DNA from: an uncultured Candidatus Saccharibacteria bacterium
GTDB taxonomy: Bacteria; Patescibacteriota; Doudnabacteria; UBA920
DNA length: 64,000 bases
Assembly: GCA_964474825.1 (NCBI GenBank)
Contig: CAYYWQ010000001.1
Location: forward strand, 549,609 to 613,608
Direction of reading: 5' to 3'
The notes under the pieces were generated by a model. The model did not search any database. It saw nothing but the letters and a program-made list of their open reading frames with translations, and was not told the DNA's origin. Within the stretch, counting starts at the first letter, position 1, and the number at the start of each line of letters is the position of its first letter. Made by a program: the position numbers and the translations under genes. Positions 56,137 to 64,000 of this stretch are shown piece by piece.

Positions 56137-56558
56137 TAAATATTTTTATTTAAACTTTTTATTCTTCTGTGTCCAATAATTGCAGGTATTAAAAGAGAGA
56201 AGCCGCATAAAAATAAAATATAATCGATCGTACCCAGACCAGGTAGTTCCCCTAAGGTGTTATTCACATACTCTACAACTAAACGAAAATAAATATAAAC
56301 TAAAGCGAAGACTCCAAAAACCCCATAAGAAAGTCTTACTTGAAGGATTGGTTCTGCATTTAACACTGAAACCAAACTTGCAAAAGCCACGCTAGATAAA
56401 GGAATAAAAATTAGAATTAAAAACCACAAACCCAAACCTTCTCCGCCTGGCGCTAGGTGAATAAGAGAAACTGTGAAGTATCCCAAAATGGCAAGATACG
56501 CGACACTAACGACAATTGAACCAATATTATACAAATTTATTTTTTTATCCAATTCCAT
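56136..56558 (-). CDS. AT-rich 4-TM ORFan
   Basis: Hydrophobic; fits tightly between yqgF and galT. Confidence 0.6.
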   Translation of the reverse strand: MELDKKINLYNIGSIVVSVAYLAILGYFTVSLIHLAPGGEGLGLWFLILIFIPLSSVAFASLVSVLNAEPILQVRLSYGVFGVFALVYIYFRLVVEYVNNTLGELPGLGTIDYILFLCGFSLLIPAIIGHRRIKSLNKNI

Positions 56559-56564
56559 ACAAAT

Positions 56565-56945
56565 TTATTTTTTGTTTTTATTTAAATAATTTTGAAGTAA
56601 AATTTGGGCGGCTAAACTGTCTAGGTTTTTATTACTACCGCTTATGTTTTGAGCCATTTGAGAAGATAGCCGTTCGTCAATAATTTCAACAGGTAAATTG
56701 GTCTCACTTTCTACTTTTAACTTGAAACTTTTTACTTCTTCGGTTTTTTTTGTTTCTTCTCCGCTCATGTTAAGCGGCCAACCGAGCACGATTTTGGCTA
56801 TTTCATTTTCGCCGATAATGGTTTTTATTTGCTGCCAAAATTCTTTAGGCGACAAAATCCTTAATTCTCGCGCCAAAGTTTGGGACTCGTCGGAAATTGC
56901 CAATCCAATTCTTTTTTCCCCGAAATCAATTCCAAGAGTCTTCAT
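56565..56945 (-). CDS. yqgF: YqgF/RuvX family nuclease
   Basis: LGIDFGEKRIGLAISD, DERLSS, DSLAAQILLQ. Confidence 0.92.
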   Translation of the reverse strand: MKTLGIDFGEKRIGLAISDESQTLARELRILSPKEFWQQIKTIIGENEIAKIVLGWPLNMSGEETKKTEEVKSFKLKVESETNLPVEIIDERLSSQMAQNISGSNKNLDSLAAQILLQNYLNKNKK

Positions 56946-58223
56946 TTATTTCGCTTCTCCCAGGGTTACCTTAATGTCTTTGGTTGAGCCGTTGTGAGTA
57001 ACCTTTAAGGTCACGACTTCCCCGACTTCGTAGTTAAGCAACAATCCGGACAAACTGTTTTTACTGTCCACCCTTACCCCGTTAACTTCAAGAATGATAT
57101 CGTTTTCTTTTAAGCCGGCCTTTTCAGCAGGACTGCCCGGTACAACGGCCGACTCAGCGCGGGTTTGGCCGGAAACGACCAAAGCGCCGTAATCCTGTTC
57201 CAACTTTTGTTGGGTTGCCAAACTTGGAGTGACCATTACATATCTAACTCCTAAAAATGGCTCGCTAATGTGGCCTAATTTTTGAAAACTGGTTAAAGCC
57301 CGTTTGGCCGCATTAGACGGTAAGGCAAAACCCACTAACTGTCCCTGTTGGTCTATGGCTGTGTTTATTCCAATTACCTGGCCTTCAATATTTAACAAAG
57401 GGCCACCGCTGTTGCCCGGGTTTATGGCCGCGTCAGTTTGTATTACCCCGGAAAGCTGTTCGCTGCCGCTGCCCACGTCATTCCCCGCGGTTATACTGCG
57501 CGCCGTGCCGGAAATAATCCCGCTGGTAACCGTATTTTGGTATTGACCCAAAGAATTACCAATTGCAATTACCCGCTGCCCAATTTGAATTTGAGAGGAG
57601 TCAGCCAGGCTTAAAAACGGCGCGTCTTTAATTTCTATTTTAATAATTGCCAAATCATTCGCCGGGTCCTGGGACATTATTTTGGCATCATAACTTTTTC
57701 CATCGGAAGTTAAAACAGTGTAACTGGCAGAATTATCACTTACCACGTGTTTGTTAGTTAAAATTAACCCGTCAGAGGTAACAAAAAAACCACTGCCCGC
57801 TCCAACTTGTTGGACATTAGGCGCTTGCGGAGACTGCTGGCTTTGTCCGCGCCCGTTAAAAAAGAAATAAAACGGATCCAAACTATTTGGGTTCATGCCA
57901 TACCCCGGCAGCTTGTTTAAGTCTTGGGAGATTATTATGGATACCACGGCCGGACTAGCTTTTTTTACCACATCTATAATAGCGGAATCTTCATTTAAGG
58001 TAACATTTTGGCTCACAACCGGACCCGAGGCAACTAATTTTTGGCCCTCTGGGGTGCGCAGGAAATAATAGGTGCTAAAACTGCCGCCAAGCACGCCAAA
58101 TACCAAACTTAAAATTACTAAAGTAATAATGGAATGTTGGTAGGGCGGATGGGCGGGATGCGGCACTCCTACGGGTTCATTTGGCTTAACATTTAGAGGA
58201 ATATTGGAATTTTGTTCGTCCAT
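56946..58223 (-). CDS. HtrA/DegP serine protease with PDZ domain
   Basis: GSGF, TNKHV, DLA, IQTDAAINPGNSGGPL, PDZ. Confidence 0.94.
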   Translation of the reverse strand: MDEQNSNIPLNVKPNEPVGVPHPAHPPYQHSIITLVILSLVFGVLGGSFSTYYFLRTPEGQKLVASGPVVSQNVTLNEDSAIIDVVKKASPAVVSIIISQDLNKLPGYGMNPNSLDPFYFFFNGRGQSQQSPQAPNVQQVGAGSGFFVTSDGLILTNKHVVSDNSASYTVLTSDGKSYDAKIMSQDPANDLAIIKIEIKDAPFLSLADSSQIQIGQRVIAIGNSLGQYQNTVTSGIISGTARSITAGNDVGSGSEQLSGVIQTDAAINPGNSGGPLLNIEGQVIGINTAIDQQGQLVGFALPSNAAKRALTSFQKLGHISEPFLGVRYVMVTPSLATQQKLEQDYGALVVSGQTRAESAVVPGSPAEKAGLKENDIILEVNGVRVDSKNSLSGLLLNYEVGEVVTLKVTHNGSTKDIKVTLGEAK

Positions 58224-58323
58224 ATGTTTATTTAAGATAATTAATTATACCATATTTAAGCTTAATACTAAAATCAGCCTTCTCTTGGTTCACAAGGAGG
58301 GCTGATTATTATTAGCTACTAAA

Positions 58324-59988
58324 CTACGGCGTTGGAGTAACACAACCCCTCGGCAAAGATGCGCAAGCTTCCTGCAGTAACTGCTCCGCGGAAGGCGGTG
58401 CGGAAGGTTTTTGGTATTGAGTTCCTTCTACGGGAACTATTGCGTTTAACTGCGCTGCCGCTAAACATGTGGTCTGTTCTTTAAGCACCCCGACAATGCT
58501 TCCGCCGCGCGGGCTGGTTGTGGCACCGCTAAACACAAATTTGGTAAATAAAGTTTCAGTAATCTGGGCAATTAATTCACTAACAAAACTGCTGGCATTC
58601 TGTATACCCAAATTTAATATGGCTTCCATACTTGCCTTTTCCCCGCTAACAATCTTGTTTATAGAAGACACTATGCCGCCTCCCAAACCCTCACGCGGGC
58701 TTTTTAATCCACTACTGGTTAGCTCCCTGTCTATTGCCTGCTGAGCAGCGCTCTCGGCTTGTTCAGCCACGTCTTGGTAATAAATTTTCCAGCCTTGGGA
58801 AGAAGACAAGAAATCCCCTAATGAAGCCATTTTCTGGTAATAATCAGGATCTTTAGGGTCCAAGGCAACAGGATCGAAACCCAAGTGCTGGTTGGCCTTG
58901 GCTTTGAAAATTGGCTTTAGGCTCGCGTTATTTTTATTACAGGAAAACTGAGGAATTAATTGCTTAATAATACTCTTGTCCGTAGAGTCGCCGCCGTATT
59001 TATTCAAATAATCGTCCGCATACTCCCCACTTACTAAAGCGTCTGAGTAATATAAGAAGTTAGCGATTTTATAATTGCTTTCGATTTTCTCTATAATTTT
59101 TCCCAAAAATGAGGCCATGAACTTGGAAAAAGAAGAAACCAGGCCTTCTTTAACCGCATCCATAAGAAGACGGGGAACATCCCCAACTGTAATGCTTACA
59201 TCCCCTATTCCAAACACGGCGTGGGCTTTAGGAATTAATGTAAACTGGTTTTCAGATCCGGCCGGAAAAATTAATTTGGAATCGGCAAGCTTATACCTAT
59301 TTGCTAACTGACCATAATTTGCGGCAAAGGTTAAAAAGCTTTGGTTCATGGCGCCGTAGCTCTGGTAAACTTCCGGCCAAGGCGCAGGGTTTTGCCCGGA
59401 ACCATAGTCTTCCGAAAGACTCAGTAGTTTTCCATAAGACAAATACGCGGCCACTAAAGCTTTTTGGGTTGGCAAAGCTTCTTTGGGCACGGGCGCGCTC
59501 ACCAGGTTGCGGTAGGCCTCGTTATATTCTTTCCTGACCGATTCAGTCACACTAGTGTCACCGAATAAATCTTTATTTAAATCCGCTGTATTTTTGTTAA
59601 ACGCCACAACCGGTCCTATTGCCGCGGTAAAATAATCCACCACTGCCTTTTGTCCGGCGGTTTTAGTAACATTTAAACTCTTTTCATCTACGGCGGGAAG
59701 GACTATAGGCTGGTCTGTTTTCAGCTCGTCCTTAACCATTTGTTTAAGCTCTTCCTTGGTCAAAATACTTTGGAACAACTCCGCACTGGCCTTAGGGTCG
59801 GTTTCTATGCTCGCCAAATATTTATTATATGCCGCCTGCTGCTCAGCCGAAAGCTTGCCAAGCTTTGCATAATCCGTTGTGTCCTTGTAACCAAAATTGC
59901 TCTTCTGCGAAACCGTAATTACCACCAAAACCAAAACAGCAACAACACTAATAGTAAGATTTGTTTTTTGCTGTTTGGATAATTTCAT
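58324..59988 (-). CDS. Hypothetical membrane-anchored protein
   Basis: N-terminal TM, 554-aa ORF; terminator-like hairpin at 58273-58306. Confidence 0.7.
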   Translation of the reverse strand: MKLSKQQKTNLTISVVAVLVLVVITVSQKSNFGYKDTTDYAKLGKLSAEQQAAYNKYLASIETDPKASAELFQSILTKEELKQMVKDELKTDQPIVLPAVDEKSLNVTKTAGQKAVVDYFTAAIGPVVAFNKNTADLNKDLFGDTSVTESVRKEYNEAYRNLVSAPVPKEALPTQKALVAAYLSYGKLLSLSEDYGSGQNPAPWPEVYQSYGAMNQSFLTFAANYGQLANRYKLADSKLIFPAGSENQFTLIPKAHAVFGIGDVSITVGDVPRLLMDAVKEGLVSSFSKFMASFLGKIIEKIESNYKIANFLYYSDALVSGEYADDYLNKYGGDSTDKSIIKQLIPQFSCNKNNASLKPIFKAKANQHLGFDPVALDPKDPDYYQKMASLGDFLSSSQGWKIYYQDVAEQAESAAQQAIDRELTSSGLKSPREGLGGGIVSSINKIVSGEKASMEAILNLGIQNASSFVSELIAQITETLFTKFVFSGATTSPRGGSIVGVLKEQTTCLAAAQLNAIVPVEGTQYQKPSAPPSAEQLLQEACASLPRGCVTPTP

Positions 59989-60093
59989 TTTTTTGTTAAG
60001 GCAAGAAAGCTAAGACCATCTCACCGATATTTGACTTTTTTGTTTCTAGACCAAAAACTTTCTACACTTTATTATACCACAAACCAGCAGTAG

Positions 60094-61671
60094 TTACTCT
60101 ATAAGTTCACCGCCAAAAACTTGGAGTGCGTCGCTTAAATTTACAGTAACTTTTTCCTCAACTGCCGCGGCCGAGGTTATTACCCTGGTTTTTAAGGCCA
60201 ATTTTTTTCCGCTTACCTTCTCAAGAACTTGCCTAATTAATTGCTGGTTTTTTTGGTTGTCTAAATTCTGTTTGTGGAAAGGAAATTTTACTCCAACTAC
60301 TACGACGCCGTTTTCCACGCCTTCCAAAGCGCAAGTCCTAATTAAATTCGCAACGGGACCATTTAATTTTTTTATACCCGCAATAAGGTTTGGCCAAAAA
60401 ACCTGCACCTCTTCAAATGTTATTGTTTCGGCTGACAAACTCTCATCGGCCGTTCCCATTTCCACTGGCTCCTCTTTTTTTTCTGACTGATACTCAGCTT
60501 GCTCTGGCTGATTATTAACTGTCACCACAGGCTGTTTAACTGGTTTCTGCTGATTGGCCCCGACGCTTTGGTCAGGGCTCCGGCCTTGCGTCGGAGCTGA
60601 CTTCCGCTGCGCCGCTTCCAAGGCGGCCAAAAGCAACGGTATGTCCGCACGGACTGAAATAGAAAGATCTTTGTAAGATTTTAAAAATAACCTTGTAACA
60701 AAAATTAATTCCTGCGGGCCCGCTAAAGAGGCTTGCTGTTTAATTTCATCTTCGTGGTCTTTGGCAGAATTTTCCAGTTGACCGTTTGTTACCTGGTAAA
60801 TTAAAACCTTTCTTAAATACTCCAAAAAATCGCGGTTAAAAATGGCGAAGTCTGTCCCTTTTTCCAAAAGACTTTCAAAAAACTGTGGTATTTCGGAGAG
60901 ACTGCCGGTTAAAATTAAATCCAAAAGTTTATGGCACAAACTAAAATCCGTAATCCCTAAAAGCTGCTGGACTTCTTCCAAGCTGGCATCTTCACCCAGA
61001 GTAATAACTTTATCCAAAAGACTCAAAGCGTCACGTCCGCCACCTTCCGCATTTTCCGCAATTAATTTTAAAACTGATGCCGGAAGTTTAAGCTTTTCCC
61101 CTTTAAGCGCCGCCTCCAGCATTTCCATAATTTCTTCTGTATTAAAACGCTTAAAGTCAAAACGCTGGGTGCGGGAGACTATTGTGGCCGGCACTTTGTT
61201 AATTTCAGTTGTGGCCAAAATAAAAATTGCGTGCTTGGGCGGCTCTTCCAAAGTTTTAAGCAAAGCATTAAAGGCACCCTTACTAAGCATGTGTACTTCG
61301 TCGATAATAAAAACTTTATATTTTCCTAAAGACGGGGAAAATTTTACATGATCGATGAGGTCGCGAATATTGTCCACACCTGTATTGGAAGCCGCGTCAA
61401 TTTCAACTAAATCCAAAAACTGCCCAGCTTCAATTTGTTTACAAATGGCGCAAGAACCGCACGGCTCGCCATCTTTTATGTTCTGACAATTAACGGCCTT
61501 AGCCAAAATTCTCGCAACTGATGTTTTACCAATTCCGCGACTGCCTGTGAATAAATAGGCATGGGCAACAGACCCGGCCGCAACCTGGTTTTTTAAAGTC
61601 TGGATAATGTATTTTTGTCCCAAAACTTCCGAGAAAATTTGGGGTCTGTACTTACGATACAAAACTGCCAT
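60094..61671 (-). CDS. dnaX: DNA polymerase III gamma/tau subunit
   Basis: LYRKYRP, GSRGIGKT, C4 zinc motif, EIDAAS, IIDEVHML, NALLKTLEEPP. Confidence 0.96.
   Translation of the reverse strand: MAVLYRKYRPQIFSEVLGQKYIIQTLKNQVAAGSVAHAYLFTGSRGIGKTSVARILAKAVNCQNIKDGEPCGSCAICKQIEAGQFLDLVEIDAASNTGVDNIRDLIDHVKFSPSLGKYKVFIIDEVHMLSKGAFNALLKTLEEPPKHAIFILATTEINKVPATIVSRTQRFDFKRFNTEEIMEMLEAALKGEKLKLPASVLKLIAENAEGGGRDALSLLDKVITLGEDASLEEVQQLLGITDFSLCHKLLDLILTGSLSEIPQFFESLLEKGTDFAIFNRDFLEYLRKVLIYQVTNGQLENSAKDHEDEIKQQASLAGPQELIFVTRLFLKSYKDLSISVRADIPLLLAALEAAQRKSAPTQGRSPDQSVGANQQKPVKQPVVTVNNQPEQAEYQSEKKEEPVEMGTADESLSAETITFEEVQVFWPNLIAGIKKLNGPVANLIRTCALEGVENGVVVVGVKFPFHKQNLDNQKNQQLIRQVLEKVSGKKLALKTRVITSAAAVEEKVTVNLSDALQVFGGELIE
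60557..60597. repeat. Palindromic element in frame inside dnaX
   Basis: GCCCCGACGC...GCGTCGGAGC, encoding APTQGRSPDQSVGA in the linker. Confidence 0.55.
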
Positions 61672-61780
61672 ATAAATAAAAACTATTAATTTTCCTCAGT
61701 GTATGCTCGCAGTCCGCCGAAGCCTTGGCGAAGGTGGAAGAGAAAGTTTGTGGGCGATATTTACGATAAAGTACAGCCAT
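61652..61780 (-). pseudogene. Duplicated dnaX 5' end interrupted by a palindrome
   Basis: MAVLYRKYRPQTFS versus MAVLYRKYRPQIFS; followed by TCCACCTTCGCCAAGGCTTCGGCGGA. Confidence 0.75.
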
Positions 61781-61873
61781 AGTTGGTATTTGTCTATGTA
61801 TTATAGCATATAACAAAAGTTGTTTTTCAAACAAAAAAACGGCTTTAAGCCGCCTTTTATTGGTTTTACTATT

Positions 61874-62554
61874 TTATATAGTGTTCTGTTTTTTAAATAC
61901 AATTACCTTATACCCAACAAAATTCCAAAATAACGAAACGCCGGTGGCCAATGCCGTGGCAATGTTTTTGTCTAAATCCGTATGGACTAAATGAATATGG
62001 GTAGAAAGCACAGCGCTCAAACCGGAGTTAATAAAGAAGCCAATGCCGGTAACAATAAAAAATATGAGGAAGGAATGGCCTACATGGTCCCAGTCTGAAA
62101 CATGGAATCCAAAAGATTTCCAAAAAACTTCTTCAACGGTCAAATAAACCACCAGAAAAATTAAATAAACATAAGCCGGGGCAGACATTTGGGAAGCAAA
62201 AGCCACAAACACCAAAGCCACAAAGCCTAAAGCTCCGACACAAAACAGCCTAACTAAATTCTTCCAAAAACTGACTCCAGTCTCGCCTCCAAAAGTCCAG
62301 GTTTTATTCCACGGATAGCTTTGAACAACCGCGCAAATAAAACCGACGCCTACAATGGCGCCGTATTTCCAACCCTCGGATATTCCCAAAAATTTGGAAA
62401 TAATATTTACAACCAAAAAATTTAAGCCTGTATTGAGGAAACCTATGCAACCAAACCTCAAAAACTGGTAAATAATCGAGTGGTTCTCTAAAAAACCTGT
62501 AATTGCTTGGTGAAAGCCTCCCTGATTTATTACCGCTGGTTGGTTTGTGTCCAT
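61874..62554 (-). CDS. GtrA-like membrane protein
   Basis: QFLRFGCIGFLNT, WNKTWTF, WNFVGYKVIVF. Confidence 0.8.
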   Translation of the reverse strand: MDTNQPAVINQGGFHQAITGFLENHSIIYQFLRFGCIGFLNTGLNFLVVNIISKFLGISEGWKYGAIVGVGFICAVVQSYPWNKTWTFGGETGVSFWKNLVRLFCVGALGFVALVFVAFASQMSAPAYVYLIFLVVYLTVEEVFWKSFGFHVSDWDHVGHSFLIFFIVTGIGFFINSGLSAVLSTHIHLVHTDLDKNIATALATGVSLFWNFVGYKVIVFKKQNTI

Positions 62555-62573
62555 ATTTTTATGCTAAGGTTTT

Positions 62574-63182
62574 CTAAAGTTCTTCGTCAGCGTCTATGTT
62601 AATACTCCCCCCGCCCATCTCCATATCCGCATGGGAAACCGAGGCGTTCTTTTTTATTACATTTTCCACTGCCGCCCAGTCTGCCGGATGGTCTTTGGGA
62701 ACTATAATAGTAACTTCGTCTCCCGGCTCAGATTTAAAATAAGTTAAAGAGGCGAGTAAAATTTTATATGGCTTGCCTTCGGCCATAACCCTAAAGTCGC
62801 CCTTATCATCTACTAACAGTACGCCGAGCATTTTGTTACGCTCAACAGGGCCAATTTGTTTATAAATAAATGAGCCGTCGTCGGCAATGGTGAGTTTTAA
62901 TACGTCCCCCTCAACAAGTTTAGACTTAGAGGCATAGTTGGCAGGCACAGGATACTGCTTTTTGTCAGGACCAATCATGTTTTGACCGTCGAATACGCCC
63001 TCAATAACCTTACCTCCCTCAGAAGGGGCAAAGGTTTGGGCTTTTTCAGCTAAATGGCCTGAGGCTGCTTTTACCGGCGCCCCGCCCATCATTTCGCGCA
63101 GCATTTGTTTGGCCGACTGGATGTTTTTTTCCGCCGACTCAATCATTTGGGCTATCATTGCTAAATTTGAAAGTTGATCCAT
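62574..63182 (-). CDS. Conserved-looking hypothetical protein
   Basis: EGVFDG, YPVPANYASKSKLVEGD, YKQIGP; function not assigned. Confidence 0.75.
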   Translation of the reverse strand: MDQLSNLAMIAQMIESAEKNIQSAKQMLREMMGGAPVKAASGHLAEKAQTFAPSEGGKVIEGVFDGQNMIGPDKKQYPVPANYASKSKLVEGDVLKLTIADDGSFIYKQIGPVERNKMLGVLLVDDKGDFRVMAEGKPYKILLASLTYFKSEPGDEVTIIVPKDHPADWAAVENVIKKNASVSHADMEMGGGSINIDADEEL

Positions 63183-63345
63183 ATTTTTGTTTTAGGCAAA
63201 CATGTTAAAGGCGCAAAACGCCTTCTTTATATTTATATTACGATTTTTTGTGGTTTTTGTTTCAAAAACACTAAAGTTAAACTTATTATAACAGATTTAA
63301 AAAATAAGGCAAATTTTCATAGGCTGAAAAACATCCTGGGACCCG

Positions 63346-63624
63346 CTAATGGGCATGAGCAGCTGCGGCGTGTCCATGGCCCCCTCCTCCCCCTCCGCCA
63401 CTAAAAATCATTGCGACGTCGCTAAAAAAGTTTAAAGGAAACTCAGATAGATCCTTAACAAAATCCCTAACACCTTCAGGGCTTATAATCTTAGCAAGAC
63501 TAGACGCAATTTTAAAAGGATTTAATTTTTCTGCGTATGCAGCTAATCCTTTTTTTTCGCCTCCACCCTCATGGGATGGGGCAGCATGACCGTGACCGTG
63601 ATCTGGAGCGTGACCGCCTGACAT
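63346..63624 (-). CDS. Small protein with His/Gly-rich termini
   Basis: HAPDHGHGH and GGGGGGHGHAAAAHAH. Confidence 0.6.
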   Translation of the reverse strand: MSGGHAPDHGHGHAAPSHEGGGEKKGLAAYAEKLNPFKIASSLAKIISPEGVRDFVKDLSEFPLNFFSDVAMIFSGGGGGGGHGHAAAAHAH

Positions 63625-63631
63625 AAATAAT

Positions 63632-63862
63632 TTAATTAAAAATATGATTACTGTCTAATAGCTGTTTCTTTAAAACCTGTAAGTCAGAACTTTTTTCGCA
63701 GAAAGGCTCAATAAAGGAAAGTAAGTCCTGCCTGGATTTAATTTTAGCGCAAACCGGCTCAAATTCTCTCATTAAAAAAATAGCATCCGGTACAACCATT
63801 CTTTTTTCTTTAACAAGATTGCTTAAAAATAGGCAAAAAATACTTATATAATTCTCTTCCAT
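63632..63862 (-). CDS. Hypothetical protein
   Basis: ORF at operon spacing. Confidence 0.5.
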   Translation of the reverse strand: MEENYISIFCLFLSNLVKEKRMVVPDAIFLMREFEPVCAKIKSRQDLLSFIEPFCEKSSDLQVLKKQLLDSNHIFN

Positions 63863-63898
63863 ATCCAGTATTTTACGACAAAATCAGATTTTCTGCAA

Positions 63899-64000
63899 CT
63901 ACAGTCCTCTCTCAATATCACCGGGCCCAGCAGACATCATTTCTGCGACTTGACCGGCTTCTAAAAGTTCTTCTTCTACTTCTGCCCTGGGACGACCGTG
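63899..64000 (-). CDS. 3' end of a gene running off the window, possibly a VirD4/TraD-like ATPase
   Basis: HGRPRAEVEEELLEAG...ERGL*; resembles C-termini of CPR coupling-protein-like ATPases. Confidence 0.4.
   Translation of the reverse strand, partial: HGRPRAEVEEELLEAGQVAEMMSAGPGDIERGL

Overview
Bacterial chromosomal window, mostly minus-strand, with the gene content of a Patescibacteria/CPR (Parcubacteria-like) genome. That assignment is inferred from the VirB2-like pilin, the PEGA protein and CPR-style hypothetical proteins and palindromes. Housekeeping content: glnA (GSII type), proB-proC-proA, tRNA-Gln, mraZ-rsmH-ftsL-pilin-ftsI, dinB, argA-like/argF, mreB, rnhA, recJ, a long glycolysis/pentose-phosphate cluster interleaved with membrane ORFans, galT, yqgF, htrA and dnaX. 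The strongest unexplained signal is a ~135-nt structured RNA present twice (9290-9425 and 13165-13300, minus strand). It shows compensatory base changes, a pseudoknot and an overlapping terminator, and resembles an atypical c-di-GMP-II riboswitch. The copies sit either side of a GAF-PAS-GGDEF-EAL gene. One gates a receiver protein plus ECF sigma factor; the other gates an unannotated 32-aa peptide. Other notable items: a leaderless W-N-W leader-peptide attenuator over an ORFan operon that ends in an RNA with two identical CCUCC loops; a T-box with an apparently ultrashort Stem I; palindromes inserted in frame in DinB, RecJ and DnaX; a duplicated dnaX start; and candidate HEPN and ADP-ribosyltransferase-fold genes. 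All calls come from reading the sequence by eye; no searches were run.
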